A DNA stretch of 64,000 nt from Anaeramoeba ignava BMAN (GCA_028826165.1 JAPDFW010000033.1:186001-250000); one strand, 5' to 3'; counted from the stretch's first letter, positions 50,104 through 64,000 are shown. Translations and numbers: made by a program. Notes: generated from the letters alone by a model not told the origin.

Positions 50104-52734
50104 ATGGATTTATCAAACGATCAAATTGCTGAATTTAAAGAAGCTTTTAATCTTTTTGACAAAGATGGAGATGTAAGAATTCAAATATAAACTATAAATA
50201 AAAAATAATTAAATTGAAAATTTTTTTTTATAAAATTTGCTTTAAAAATTGAAATTGAAATTGAAATTTGACATTGAAATTGATTTGTTTTTTTATTTAC
50301 AGGGAAAAATTACTTCAAAAGAAGTTGGTGTTGTTATGCGAAGTCTTGGAGTTAATCCAACAGAAGCAGAATTACAAGATATTGTAAATAATTATTATAT
50401 TTATTGTCAAAGTCACAATAAAATAAAAAGATTTCAATTTGTTTATTATTTTCTTTTGTGAATAATTATTTAATTATTTATTTAATAAATAGGTTAATGA
50501 CATTGATGCAAATATGAATGGTTTTATTGAATTTCAAAGTTTTGTTAATTTAATTAAGAAAAAAATGCAAGATGAAGATAAACCAGAAGATATTATTGCT
50601 GCTTTTAAAGTTTTTGATCGTGTAAGTTTTATTTTTCTTTATTTAATTTATTTAATTTATTTATTTAGATGTAATGAAATTTATTTATAAATTTATTTGA
50701 AAATTGATTTATAAATTTAATTGGAAATTGATTTATAATTTTATTTATAATTTTATTTATAATTTTATTTATAAATTTATTTAGAAATTTTATTTATAAA
50801 TTTATTTATAATTTTATTTGGAAATTTATTTATAATTTTATTTGGAAAATTAATTATAAATTGATTTATAATTTTATTTTGAAATTTAATTATAATTTTA
50901 TTTAGAAATTTATTTAGAATTTTATTTAGAAATTTAATTATAATTTGATTTTATAATTTTTATTTAGAAATTTAATTATAATTTTATTTATAATTTTATT
51001 TATAAATTGATTTAGAAATTATTCAGAAATTATTTATAATTTTAATTTTGAAATTTATTTAGAAATTTAATTTGAAATTTATTTTGAAATTTATTTTGAA
51101 ATTTATTTATAAATTTGAAATTTATTTTTGAAATTTATTTATAAATTTATTTATAAATTTATTTTGAAATTTATTTATAATTTTATTTGGAAATTGATTT
51201 ATAAATTTAATTGGAAATTGATTTATAATTTTATTTATAAATTTATTTATAAATTTATTTTGAAATTTATTTATAAATTGATTTGGAAATTTAATTATAA
51301 TTTTATTTATAATTTGATTTAGAAATTAATTTATAAATTTAATTTTGAAATTTATTTAGAAATTTAATTTGAAATTTATTTAGAAATTAATTATAATTTT
51401 ATTTATAAATTTATTTATAAATTTATTTTGAAATTTATTTATAATTTTATTTATAATTTTATTTATAATTTTATTTATAATTTTATTTATAATTTTATTT
51501 ATAAATTTATTTATAATTTTATTTGGAAAATTAATTATAAATTGATTTATAATTTTATTTTGAAATTTAATTATAATTTTATTTAGAAATTTATTTATAA
51601 TTTTATTTAGAAATTTAATTATAATTTGATTTATTTATAATTTAATTTATAATTTTATTTTATAATTTTATTTAAAATTTTATTTATAAATTTAATTTGA
51701 AATTATTTTGAAATTTATTTAGAAATTTATTTATAATTTTATTTATAATTTTATTTATAAATTTATTTATAATTTATTTATAAATTTATTTTGAAATTTA
51801 ATTATAATTTTATTTATAATTTTATTTTGAAATTTATTTAGAATTTATTTAGAAATTATTTTGAAATTTATTTGAAATTTATTTTGAAATTTATTTAGAA
51901 ATTTATTTATAATTTTATTTATAATTTTTATTTATAATTTATTTATAATTTTATTTATAATTTATTTATAATTTTATTTATAAATTTTAATTTGAAATTT
52001 TATTTTGAAATTTATTTAGAAATTTTATTTAAATTTATTTATAATTTTATTTAGAAATTTATTTAGAAATTTATTTAGAAATTTTATTTAGAAATTTAAT
52101 TATAATTTTATTTAGAAATTTATTTATAATTTTATTTAGAAATTTATTTAGAAATTTATTTAGAAATTTTATTTAGAAATTGATTTATAATTTTATTTAT
52201 AATTTTATTTGAAATTTATTTTGAAATTTATTTTTGAAATTTAATTTGAAATTTATTTTGAAATTGATTTAAATTAATTTAAATTTAATTTGAAATTTAA
52301 TTAAATTTATTTGAAATTTAAATTTATTTAGAAATTTATTTAGAAATTTATTTAGAAATTTATTTAGAAATTTATTTATAATTTTATTCAGAAATTATTT
52401 ATAAATTTATTTAGAAATTTATTTAGAAATTTAATTTGAAATTTATTTAGAAATTTATTTTGAAATTTAATTTGAAATTGATTTATAAATTTTATTCAGA
52501 ATTTATTTATAATTTTATTTAGAAATTGATTTAGAAATTAATTATAATTTTATTTATAAATATTTGTAGGATGGACATGGATATATTGCAACACATGAAT
52601 TATATCACATTTTAACAACAATTGGAGAACCATTAACAAAAGAAGAAGCAGATCAATTAGAACAAGAAGCCGACAAAGAAAAAAGTGGAAGAGTTAATTA
52701 CGCTGAATTTGTTAATCTCATGCTTGCAAAATAA
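50104..52734 (+). CDS. Calmodulin-like EF-hand protein, 4 exons
   Basis: [23 protein letters not shown]|[27 protein letters not shown]|[17 protein letters not shown]…AFKVFDR|[11 protein letters not shown]…[10 protein letters not shown]…[20 protein letters not shown]. Confidence 0.92.
50670..52560. repeat. Intronic degenerate 12-nt repeat (AAATTTATTTAG / ATAATTTTATTT), ~1.9 kb
   Basis: Direct sequence in the third intron of the calmodulin-like gene. Confidence 0.9.
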
Positions 52735-53025
52735 CTTTTTCTTTTCTTTCTTTTTTTTTCTTTCTTTTCTTTTCTTTTCAAAAAAAAATCCCCAAAAAAA
52801 TTAATTTCATTCAAAGATTTGTTTTTTTTTTCTTTTCTTTATCAATTTCAAATTCATTTTTCCGTTCAATTTGGCTTTTTCTTTTTTTCTTTTTTCTTTT
52901 TTTCTTTTCCAAATAAAAAATTTTTAAAAAAAAATTTTTTTTCATTTTTTTTCATTTTTTTTGTTTTTTTTACAAAAAGAAAAAAGAAAATTAATAACAA
53001 TAACAATAATAAAAAATTACACAAA

Positions 53026-56002
53026 ATGAAATTCTCTCGCTTTCTTTTGGTTATTCTTTTATTAACTCCAATATTTACAGATTGTCAATATAAAGATTAT
53101 AATTTTAACTCACTTGATCAAAAGTAAATTTGAAAACAAATATTTTTAAAAGCAAACAATTTCAAAAAAAACAAAAATTACGAATCAAAAAGCCCAACTT
53201 AATATTTTAATAATTTAATAATTTAATATTTTAATAATTAAATAATTTAATAATTTAATAATTTAATAATTAAATAATTTAATAATTAAATATTTTAATA
53301 TTTTAATAATTTAATAATTTATTAATTAAATAATTTAACAATTTAATATTTTAATAATTTAATAATTTAATAATTTAATAATTTAATAATTAAATAATTT
53401 AATAATTTAATAATTTAATAGTTTAATAATTTAATATTTTAATAATTTAATATTTAAATAATTTAATAATTTAATATTTTAATAATTTAATAATTTAATA
53501 ATTTAATAATTTTAATAATTTAATAATTTAATAATTTAATAATTTAATAATTTAATAATTTAATAATTAATAATTTAATAATTTAATAATTTAATAATTT
53601 AATAATTTAATAATTTAATAATTTAATAATTTAAAATAATTTAATAATTTAAATAATTTAATAATTTAATAATTTAATAATTTTAATAATTTAATAATTT
53701 AATAATTTAATAATTTAATAATTTAATAATTTAATAATTTAATAATTTAATAATTTAATAATTTAATAATTTAATAATTTAATAATTTAATAATTTAATA
53801 ATTTAATATTTTAATAATTTAATAATTTAATAATTTAATAATTTAATAATTTAATAATTTAATAATTTAATAATTTAATAATTTAATAATTTAATAATTT
53901 AATATTTTAATAATTTAATAATTTAATAATTTAATAATTAAATAATTTAATAATTTAATAATTTAATAATTTAATAATTTAATAATTTAATAATTTAATA
54001 ATTTAATAATTTAATATTTTAATAATTTAACAATTTAATAATTTAATAATTTAACAATTTTAATATTTTAATAATTTAATAATTTAATAATTTAATAATT
54101 AAATAATTTAATAATTTAATAATTTAATAGTTTAATAGAATTTAATAATTTAAAATAATTTAATAATTTAATAATTTAATAATTTAATAATTTAATAATT
54201 TAATATTTTTAATAATTAAATAATTTAATAATTTAATAATTTAATAATTTAATATTTTAATAATTTAATAATAATTAAATAATTTAATAATTTAATAATT
54301 TAATAATTAAATAAATTTAATAATTTAATAATTTAAATAATTTAATACTTTTAATAATTTAATAATTTAATAATTTAATAATTTTTAATAATTTAATAAT
54401 TTAATAATTTAATAATTTAATAATTTAATATTTTAATAATTTAATAATTTAATAATTTAATAATTTAATAATTTAATATTTTAATATTTTAATACTTTAA
54501 TATTTTAATAATTTAATAATTTAATAATTTAATACTTTAATATTTTAATAATTTAATAATTTATTAATTTATTAATTTAATAATTTAATATTTTAATATT
54601 TTAATATTTTAATATTTTAATATTTTAATAATTTAATATTTTAATAATTAAATAATTTAATAATTAAATAATTTAATAATTTAATAATTAAATAATTTAA
54701 TATTTTAATAATTAAATAATTTAATAATTTAATAATTTAATAATTTAATATTTTAATAAGTTTGTGGCATATCCAAACACCAAGTCAAGGAGATGGTTAT
54801 GTTTATGATTATTTTTTCCGACTTTGCAGTCCATTAATTGATGCTGATTTTGAAAACAGTGAAGATTGCAAATGTTGTCTTTTCGAAGTTTGGTCTTATA
54901 CCAATCCAATGGGAATTCAAGTTGATCAATACCCAAATCACACTGACTATTTCTGTAGAACTGTAATTTTTCTTGAACAAAATTTTTCCATTCCAAAAAT
55001 TTCTTTGAACTTATTTTTTTTTAAATTATTAGATGGGTGTCCAAAATCCTCCTGTTTGGGGAGAATCTAATGGTCTTCCTTATGTCATTTATTCTGGTGG
55101 TTATTATGATAGAAGAATGAAAGTAATTTTTCAATTATATTTTTCAATTTTATAATTTTATAATTTTATAATTTTTAATTTTAATTTTTTTAGATTCAAT
55201 TTGTTTGTGATGAAAATGCAAATGGATATGTTAAAAGTAATTATAAAAATAAATTTAAAATCAATTTAAAATCAATTTTAAATCAAAATCAAAATGAAAA
55301 TCAAAATTAAAATTTAAATCAAAATGAAAATGAAAATTAAAATCAAAATTCAAAATCAAAATTAAAATCAAAATCAAAATCAAAATCAAAATCAAAATCA
55401 AAATTCAAAATCAAAATTCAAAATCAAAATCAAAATCAAAATCTAAATCAAAATCAAAATCAAAATCAAAATCAAAATTTAAAATGAAATTAAAATCAAA
55501 ATTTAAAAATTTGTATAATTTTTTAGGTGTTAGTGAATCAAAAGATACATCAACTATTTATACACTCCAATTAGCTACAAATATAGTTTGCGAGGAAAGT
55601 TCTAAAAAATTATCAGGAGGATGGGTTTTTATTATTATGTAAAAATTCATTTATAAAATTTAAATTAAAATCAAAATTAAAATTAAAATTAAAATTAAAA
55701 TCAAAATTAAAATTAAAATTAAAATTAAAATCAAAATTAAAATTAAAATTAAAATCAAAATCAAAATTAAAATTAAAATTATTTCTTTTTTCCTTTTTTT
55801 TAATTTCTTTAGAATAACTGCTGGAACAGTTTTATATTGTGGAATTGGAATACCTTATAAGAAATTTGCAAAACATGAAACTGGAAAAAATATTTTACCA
55901 AATTCAGGATTTTGGAGTTCTCTTCCAGGTCTTATTAGTGATGGATTTAAATACGTTTTTAGTGGATGCAAAAAGAAAAATGCAACTTATGAAACAATTT
56001 AA
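53026..56002 (+). CDS. Cation-dependent mannose-6-phosphate receptor / ATG27-like type I membrane protein, 6 exons
   Basis: Signal peptide; YDYFFRLC; YSGG…RRMK|IQFVCD; VSES…YTLQLATNIVC; LSGGWVFIII…YCGIG; ILPNSGFWSSLPGLISDGFKYV; C-terminal YETI* (YxxPhi). Confidence 0.8.
53200..54755. repeat. Intronic 9-nt repeat (AATAATTTA)n, ~1.55 kb
   Basis: Direct sequence in intron 1 of the M6PR-like gene. Confidence 0.95.
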
Positions 56003-56438
56003 AATGGATTTCATTCAATTTTCAAAATTCATTCAATTTTAATTTCAACATTTTTTTTAGAACAAAAATTTGATCCACTTTTTTTTTTCTTCTTAATTTC
56101 TTTTTCTTTGATTCTTTCTTTTTTTTTTTTTTCAATTTACAACCAAAATCTTTATTGAAGGGTTGAAATGAAACTTTTTTTTAAAAACAAAAAACAAAAA
56201 ACAAAAAACAAAATTATGACTAATTTTTTATTTTTAATTAATAATTATTTTATTTTATTATTAATTTAACGAAACAAACAATTTTTAAGTTAAAAATTTT
56301 TTTTTTCTTTCTTTTTTTTTTTTCCTTTTTTTTTTTTCTTTTAATTGGCATCTTTATTATTTTCTTTAAATTTTGATAATTATTTTGTTTTATTCCTTTT
56401 TCATTTAAATTGGTTTAAATTTAATTAATTTAATTTTA

Positions 56439-59400
56439 ATGGAAATAGAAAAAAATCTTAACAATAATAATAACAATAACAATAATAATAACAATAATCA
56501 AATTGAAATGGAAAATCAAAATCAAATTGAAATGGAAAATCAAATTGAAATGGAAAATCAAAATCAAATTCAAAATCAAATTGAAATGGAAAATCAAAAT
56601 GAAAATCAAAATCAAAATGAAAATCAAAATCAAATTGAAATGGAAAATCAAAATCAAATTGAAATTGAAAATCAAAATGAAAATCAAAATGAAAATCAAA
56701 ATGAAATGGAAAATCAAATTCAAAATCAAATTGAAATGGAAAATCAAAATGAAAATCAAAATGAAAATCAAAATGAAAATACAAATGAAATTCGGATTGA
56801 AAATCAAAATGAAATTGAAATTGAAGATGGAAAAGAAAATAATCAAAAAAATCAAAATCAAAATCAAAATCAAAAAATGCAAACCGAAGCAGAAGAGCAA
56901 TCAATAATTGATACTTTAGAAGAATTTGATTTTGATAATTACATTTCAAAATATTCAGGCAATTCAAAAATTCAAAGACTTTTAATATTATATAAAAAAT
57001 CTCGAAAATATAAAGAAATTGGTAAACAAAAGAAATATATTCATTGTTTTCTTTAATTTATTATCAAACTTATTGATTTGAAATCAAAATAAATCATCTT
57101 GTTTTTTGAAAAAAAAAGCACTAAAAATGGCTTTAGAAGAAGTAAAAGCTTCAAAACATATTACTCAATATATTACAATCTTTAATGAATTTAAACTTAA
57201 ATATCAAGAAACAGATAATGTTTGGATTCAAAATGTTGAAGAAGAATATGCAAAAAAGCAAGAAGAACTTGAAAATGCATTAAAAAATGCAAGATTAAGA
57301 AATGTTCAAGGTGAATTTCAAATTCAAATTCAAATTCAAATTCAAATTAAAATCAAAATTCCAAATCAAAATCAAAATTAAAATTCAAATTCAAATCAAA
57401 ATCAAAATTCAAATTAAAATTTAAATCAAAATTAAAATTCAAATCAAAATTAAATCAAAATTAAAATCAAAATCAAAATTAAAATCAAAATTCAAATTAA
57501 AATTCAAAATTAAAATTCAAATCAAATTCAAATTCAAAATCAAATTCAAATTCAAATTCAAAATCAAAATCAAATTCAAATTCAAATTCAAATTCAAAAT
57601 TCAAAATTAAAATTAAAATTCAAATTCAAAATCAAAATCAAAATCAAAATTAAAATTCAAATTCAAATCAAAATCAAAATTCAAATTAAAATTCAAATCA
57701 AAATTCAAATTCAAATTAAAATTCAAAATCAAAATCAAAATCAAAATCAAAATCAAAATCAAAATTAAAATTAAATTCAAATTAAAATTCAAAATAATTA
57801 AAATCAAATCAAAATTCAAATTCAAATTCAAATTCAAATTCAAATTCAAATTCAAAATCAAATTAAAATAAAATTAAAATTAAATTCAAATTCAAAATTA
57901 AAATTCAAAATAAAATTAAAATCAAAATTCAAAATCAAAATTAAAATCAAAATCAAAATTAAAATCAAAATTCAAATTAAAATTCAAAATTAAAATTCAA
58001 ATCAAATTCAAAATTAAAATCAAAATCAAAATTAAAATCAAATTCAAATTCAAAATTAAATTCAAAATTCAAATTAAATTAAAATTAAAATCAAAATTAA
58101 AATTAAAATCAAATTCAAATTCAAATTCAAATTAAAATCAAAATTCAAAATAAAAATTAAAATAAAAAAGATCATATTGGTTTGTGCTTAGTTGATTTGG
58201 GAGATTTTTCTTGTAAAAAAGGAGATTTTTCTACAGCTTATAAATATTATTTACGTTCAAATACAATGATCACTAATCGTACACAAAAACTTGAAAGATT
58301 ATTAAAGTTAATAGAAGTTTCAATTATATTAAAAAACTTTGGAATAACTCTTAAATATGGAGAAGAAGCAGAAAGATTTGTTGATTCATCAGGTAATTAA
58401 ATCAAAATTAAAATTAAAATTAAAATCAAAATCAAAATCAAAATCAAAATCAAAATTAAAATCAAAATTAAAATTAAAATTAAAATTAAAAATTAAAATC
58501 AAAATTAAAATTAAAATTAAAATTAAAATTAAAATTAAAATCAAAATCAAAATCAAAATCAAAATTAAAATCAAAATTAAAATTAAAATCAAAATAAAAA
58601 TCAAAATCAAAATTAAAATCAAAATTAAAATTAAAATTAAAATTAAAATTAAAATTAAAATTAAAATCAAAATCAAAATCAAAATCAAAATCAAAATCAA
58701 AATCAAAATCAAAATCAAAATCAAAATCAAAATCAAAATCAAAATCAAAATCAAATAAAATCAAAATTAAATTCAAAATCAAAATCAAAATCAAAATTAA
58801 AATTCAAAATTAAAATTAAAATCAAATTAAATCAAAATTAAAATTAAAATAAAAATTAAAATTAAAATCAAAATCAAAATTAAAATTAAAATTAAAATTA
58901 AAATTAAAATTAAAATCGGATAAAAAATTAAATTTAAAATCAAATTAAATCAAATTAAATCAAAATCAAAAGATAAAATTTCACTTGCGAAAATTAAAGC
59001 AGCAATTGGAATATCATATATTCATCAAGAATCCTATACAAAAGCTGCACAAAGTTTTTTATCTATTCCTGAAGGACTTCAAGAAGAATTCCGAGAGATA
59101 ATTACAGGATATGATATAGGATTATATGGAATTTTATTTGGATTAGCAACTAAAAATCGATATGGAATATTAAATGGGATTTTAAATAACTCTTCTTTTG
59201 GATGGTATTTAGAAAATATTCCAGAAGCTCATAATTTAGCCTCAGATTTTTATAACGCTTCTTATTCTTCTTTTACAATGAGACTATCTCAATTTCATGC
59301 TTTGTCTTCAATTGATATCCATTTATCAAATTGTTACTCGAAATTGTTTAAGTTAATTCGTTCAAAAGCTATTCAACAATATTTTTTCCCGTTTTCTTCT

Positions 59401-59885
59401 ATTAGTTTATCTTTAATGGCAAATGATTTCTTATCAGATATTGGTTCTTTTGAAAAAGAAATTTCTGAATTAATTTTTGATGGTTCTCTTTCTGCTAAAA
59501 TTGATGCTTTTAATATGGTTTGCATTAATATAAATTTTAATATTAATTTTTATATTAATTTTAATTTTAATTTTTATTTTAATTTTAATATTAATTTTAA
59601 TTTTAAATTTAATTTTAATTTTAATTATAATTATAATATTAAATTTAATTTTAATTTTAATTTTAATTATTATATAAAAAGGTACTTCATAAAAGACAAG
59701 TTGATATAAGAAGTGAATCTTATGAAAAATCTTTTGAATTTGGAGAAAATTATTACAGAAAAACAAAAATGTTACTTTTATTTGCTAATTTAAAAAAATC
59801 AAATTTAAAAGTGAAAAAAATAAAAAAGAGAAAAGATCAAAATTATCCAAGTTTAGATGATTTCAAAAGAAACAGAAAAGATTAA
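56439..59885 (+). CDS. CSN1: COP9 signalosome subunit 1 (PCI domain), 5 exons, long N-terminal N/Q/E repeat
   Basis: FDFDNYISKYSGNSKIQRL, ALKMALEEVK, DNVWI…ELENALKNA, DLGDF…GDFSTAYKYYLRS, DIGLYG…GLAT, DIHLS…LFKLIRSKAIQQYFFPFSSISLSLMANDF…LSAKID; stop at 59883-59885. Confidence 0.8.
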
Positions 59886-60128
59886 GTTAATTCCCAGTTT
59901 TTTATATGGATAATAATATATTAATATTAATAATATAATTTTATTCAACAAAAGAATTTTTTTTTCCTTTTTTTTTTTTTAAATAAAAAATATCAAAATT
60001 CAAATTTGATTTTAATTTTAATTTTAATTTAATTTTAATTTTAATTTTGATTTTATTTTAATTTTATTTTGATTTTCATTTTTAATTCTTGTTTAAAAAA
60101 ATCCAAAAATTATCAAATTATAAAATTA

Positions 60129-60851
60129 TTAATAATCAACTTTTCTAGTTGGAAGTAAAGGTTTTTTCAAATATTCTCTGATTTCACAAATAAGATTGTA
60201 AATCAAAAAAACCAAATTTCCAGGATTTGATTGAGCAACAATAGTTAAAAATTGCATTTTTTTACTTTTTGAATCATCAAATTTAATTGGAGAATTAACA
60301 AATCTTCTTCGAAGACCTTTTGCTTCTGATCTTGAAAGTTGAGGCGTTGAAACTTCAACAGATTCATTTTTATCAAGATCCAAATCTTGATTTCTTGAAG
60401 GAATCACTGGTTCATTTGGATTCAAAGTAATTAATAAAAGAAACGGAACAATCCAAATGCAAATTGTAAAAAAAGCAAAAATGAACCAAAAGAAATTTTC
60501 ATTGTTTAAAAAGTAAAAGAACCAAATGATGTGATTTATGATAACCATCACAATGCTTGTTGTAAAGTTCCATGATTTGAAGCTAAAAAATGGAAATTTG
60601 GAAAGGAATGAATATGTCACTAAGTGTGATATTATTGTGAATCCTGTACTTAAAATGGGAAATTTATCAAATATTCCTAATCCTAATAAAAATCCTATTG
60701 ATATGTAATGTGATATTTTCACCCATAAACTGAATTTTGATGGTTCTTCATCTGCTATTTCTGCTAAATAATATGTTGCTGTTCCAATACCAAGTGCAAA
60801 AAAAAGAAATAATATAAGCATTCCAATTAAACCAATAAGAAAAAGAATCAT
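60129..60851 (-). CDS. TEX261: TEX261/Svp26-family ER-Golgi cargo adaptor (multi-pass membrane protein)
   Basis: GTATYYLAEIADE, FDKFP, SHLVTYSFLSKFPF, NHIIWF, FFTICIWIVPFLLLITL..NE.VIP match the Svp26/TEX261 pattern. Confidence 0.8.
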   Translation of the reverse strand: MILFLIGLIGMLILFLFFALGIGTATYYLAEIADEEPSKFSLWVKISHYISIGFLLGLGIFDKFPILSTGFTIISHLVTYSFLSKFPFFSFKSWNFTTSIVMVIINHIIWFFYFLNNENFFWFIFAFFTICIWIVPFLLLITLNPNEPVIPSRNQDLDLDKNESVEVSTPQLSRSEAKGLRRRFVNSPIKFDDSKSKKMQFLTIVAQSNPGNLVFLIYNLICEIREYLKKPLLPTRKVDY

Positions 60852-61762
60852 TTTAAAAAATTGAAAAAATTGAAAAAAATGAAAAATTGAAAAATGAAAA
60901 ATGAAAAAATTTAATTTAATATTTATTTTAATATTTATTTAATATTTAATTTTAATATTTAATATTTAATTTAATACTTAATATTTATTTTAATATTTAT
61001 TTTAATATTTAATTTATTATTTATTTAATATTTAATTTAATATTTATTTAATATTTAATTTAATATTTAATTTAATATTTATTTTAATATTTTAATATTT
61101 AATTCAATATTTATTTTAATATTTAATATTTATTTCAATATTTAATTTAATATTTATTTTAATATTTAATTTAATATTAAATTTAATATTTATTTAAATA
61201 TTTATTTTTAATATTTATTTTTTAATTCAATATTTAATTTAATATTTTAATATTTAATTTAATATTTATTTTTAATTTTTAATTTTTTTTTTTTTAATAT
61301 TTAATTTTAATATTTATTTGAAAATATTTAAATTTAATATTTAATTTAATTTTAATTTTAGCAATATTTTATTTTGGGATTACTTTTATTTTTTTTAACA
61401 ATTTATTTTTAATTTTTAATATTTATTTTGAAATTTAATATTTAATTTTATTTATTTAATTTATTTATTTAATTTCGTTATTTTTTTAATATTTATTTTT
61501 AATATTCAATATTTAATATTTAATTTTCGTATTTAATATTCAATATTTAATATTTAAAATTTAATTTATGATTTAATATTTAATTTAATATTTAATTTAA
61601 TTTTGGAAATTCTTTATTAAAAATTTAAATTTTATTTTAATATTTAATATTTAAAATTTATTTAATATTTAATATTTAATTTAATATTTATTTTAATATT
61701 TAAATTATTTATTTTCATTTTTCATTTTTCATTTTTCATTTTTTTTATTTGAAAATAATTAA

Positions 61763-63313
61763 ATGCAAGTGATACAATTAGGCTTTAATTTAGCAAGAAA
61801 ATATTTTGGGATTACTTTTATATTTTTTGCAACAATACTTATAGGATTTGTTTATTATACATATTTTGCAACAATTTTACCAGAAACTGCACCAAATAAT
61901 CCAATTCTTTTGATAATTTCAATTTTATTTGCACTTTGGATTATGTGGGCAATTGGCGTTACTTTTTTTAAGTCTTGTTATGTTGGTCCTGGTCATCCCC
62001 CTTCTGGTCTTATTTCTCGTGAAGAACTCCAAGAACTTCGTGAAAATCCAAATTATGATTCTCAATTTAGATATTGCAAAAAATGTAATCTTTGGAAATT
62101 CTTTATTAAAAAATCCAAATTCTATATTCTTTTTTAAAAATTCACTATTTGAAAAAAATTCAGTTCAAAATCAATTCAAAATCAATTCAAAATTCAAATT
62201 CATTTCAAAATTAAAATTAAAATTTAAATTAAAATTTAAATTAAAATTAAAATTAAAATTTAAAATTCATTTATAAAATTAAAATTAAAATTAAAATTAA
62301 AATTAAAATTAAAATTAAAATTAAAATTAAAATTAATATTAAAATTAAAATTTAAAATTAAAATTAAAATTAAAATTAAAATTAAAATTAAAATTAAAAT
62401 TCAAATTAAAATTAAAATTAAAATAAAAATTAAAATTAAAATCAAAATTAAAATTTAAATTATAATTAATATTCAAATTAAAATTCATTTTAAAATTCAT
62501 TTTAAAATTCATTTTGAAATTAAAAAATTGGAAAAAAAATAGGTCATTATGCTAAACCAGAAAGAACACATCATGATGCTATAACAAACACTTGCATTTT
62601 AAAAATGGATCATTATTGGTAAAAAAAAAAATTTAGAAACAAAAAACAGAATAAAAAATTGAAAACAAAAAAAAATCAAATAAAAATTAAAAGCCCATGG
62701 ATTAACAATTGTGTTGGATATTACAATCATAAATTCTTCCTTCAATTCCTTTTTTACTTATGCGTTGGATGTTTATATGCATGTATTTTAACTTATCCTG
62801 CATATCATGCTGAGTCTGGTTATTCAGCAACTTCATCATCAAATGAAACTTTAGAATTTATATTTATTTTATGTGTTACAATCTTTATTGCAGTTGGATT
62901 CCTTGTTTCTTGGCATTTTTACTTAGTTTTCACTAATCAAACATCAATTGAATTTTATGAGAATAGATATTATAAGAAAGTTGCTCAAGAAAGAGGAGAA
63001 GTATTTATTTTATTTTATTTTATTTTATTTATCAAAAAATTTTTCCCTAATTCCACTTTTTTTTTTTTTATTTTTATTCTTATTTTTATTCTTTTTATTT
63101 TTATTCTTTTTATTTTTATTTTTAATTTTATTTTTAATTTAGGTTTATTATAATGTTTATGATCTTGGTTATAAAAAAAATTTCGAACAGTTTTTTGGAA
63201 CTGAAGGTCATCATTGGATTAGTTTCTTATGGAATTTTGATATACCTAAAGGAGATGGAGTTCACTTTCCAAAAATTGATAATTATTTCAAAAATCAAAT
63301 TAATTTGGTATAA
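61763..63313 (+). CDS. DHHC-family protein S-acyltransferase (DHYC variant), 4 exons
   Basis: PGHPP…RYCKKC|HYAKPERTHHDAITNTCILKMDHYC|PWINNCVGYYNHKFF…NQTSIE…|NVYDLGYKKNF…GDGVHF; stop at 63311-63313. Confidence 0.92.
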
Positions 63314-63419
63314 AAAAAAAATAATAGAATCAAAAAACAAAATCAAAAAACAATTAAAACAATAAAAATTAAAAATAAAAATCTCTTTCTTTATAAAAAT
63401 TTTATTTGGTTTTTTTTTT

Positions 63420-64000
63420 TTATAAAATTAAACATTTCTTTTTTTGAATTGAATCAACATCTCTTTTTTTAAGAATTTGAGAAACACAAGCTAAAATTGC
63501 TTCATGAACAAAATTACCAGTTTTTGCACTTTTTTTTTTTAAATTTAAATTGAAAAAATAATTTTAAATAAAAATCGGAAAAAAATTTTTTTTAAAAGAA
63601 ATGAAAAAAACCTTGTTTCAAAAAATGAAACTTTCCATTCTTCTGCTTTTGATTTTCCAGAATCATTTTCAACTTGACGATCAGGTAAATCTGATTTATT
63701 TCCAATTAAAACAATTGGAATTTCTTGACATTTTTTATCTTGAAATTTTTCTATTCTATTAAAAATTTCATCAACAGTTTCAAAAGAAGGAGAATCAACA
63801 AGAGAATAAATCACTAAGAAACCATCTCCTTGAGCTAAATGGCTGTCTTGAAGAGTACGAAATTGCTCTTAATATTATCAAAAAAAAAAGTGATTATTTT
63901 TTTTGGATAAATTTGGGAAAAATTTTTTTTGCTTTTTTTTTTTGCTTTTTTTTTTGAATAATATTATTATTATTTACCTTGACCAGAAGTATCAATAATA
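63420..64000 (-). CDS. Ras-family small GTPase, 3' part only (5' end beyond the window)
   Basis: IIDTSGQ|EQFRTLQD…GDGFLVIYSL…IPIVLIGNKSDL…FFETS|AKTG…KKKCLIL* (CaaX). Confidence 0.9.

Noticed and set aside
1-64000. tRNA, rRNA, alternative genetic code or U12-type introns
   Set aside because: None recognised; conserved genes end in TAA or TGA with no in-frame stops beyond the homopolymer errors, and donors examined are ordinary GT sites.

Overview
Very AT-rich, intron-rich eukaryotic DNA from a protist, not a prokaryote. Introns inflated by AAAATT/AAAATC arrays and TCATTT initiator-like motifs suggest a metamonad such as Anaeramoeba (inference). About 17 genes can be reconstructed by hand: an aspartate aminotransferase-like gene lacking the PLP lysine, an intronless transposase-like (Zator-type) gene with a C2H2 finger, PRP4 kinase, a TMX3-like PDI, copine, two tandem FAM172A/Arb2 paralogues with unrelated repeat tails, a tail-anchored coiled-coil protein, an RNF213/mysterin-like AAA+ ATPase lacking the E3 module, a ubiquitin-like protein with an internal di-glycine and a C-terminal CaaX, an ~40-exon ARM-repeat gene with one repeat per phase-1 exon, a calmodulin-like protein, an M6PR/ATG27-like receptor, CSN1, TEX261/Svp26, a DHYC palmitoyltransferase and a partial Ras-family GTPase. 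Several frameshifts lie in homopolymers and look like long-read consensus errors. The best candidate for an undescribed system is the 30-50 kb cluster of the RNF213-like ATPase, the CaaX ubiquitin-like gene and the divergently transcribed modular ARM-repeat gene. All family assignments rest on motif recognition; no database search was run.
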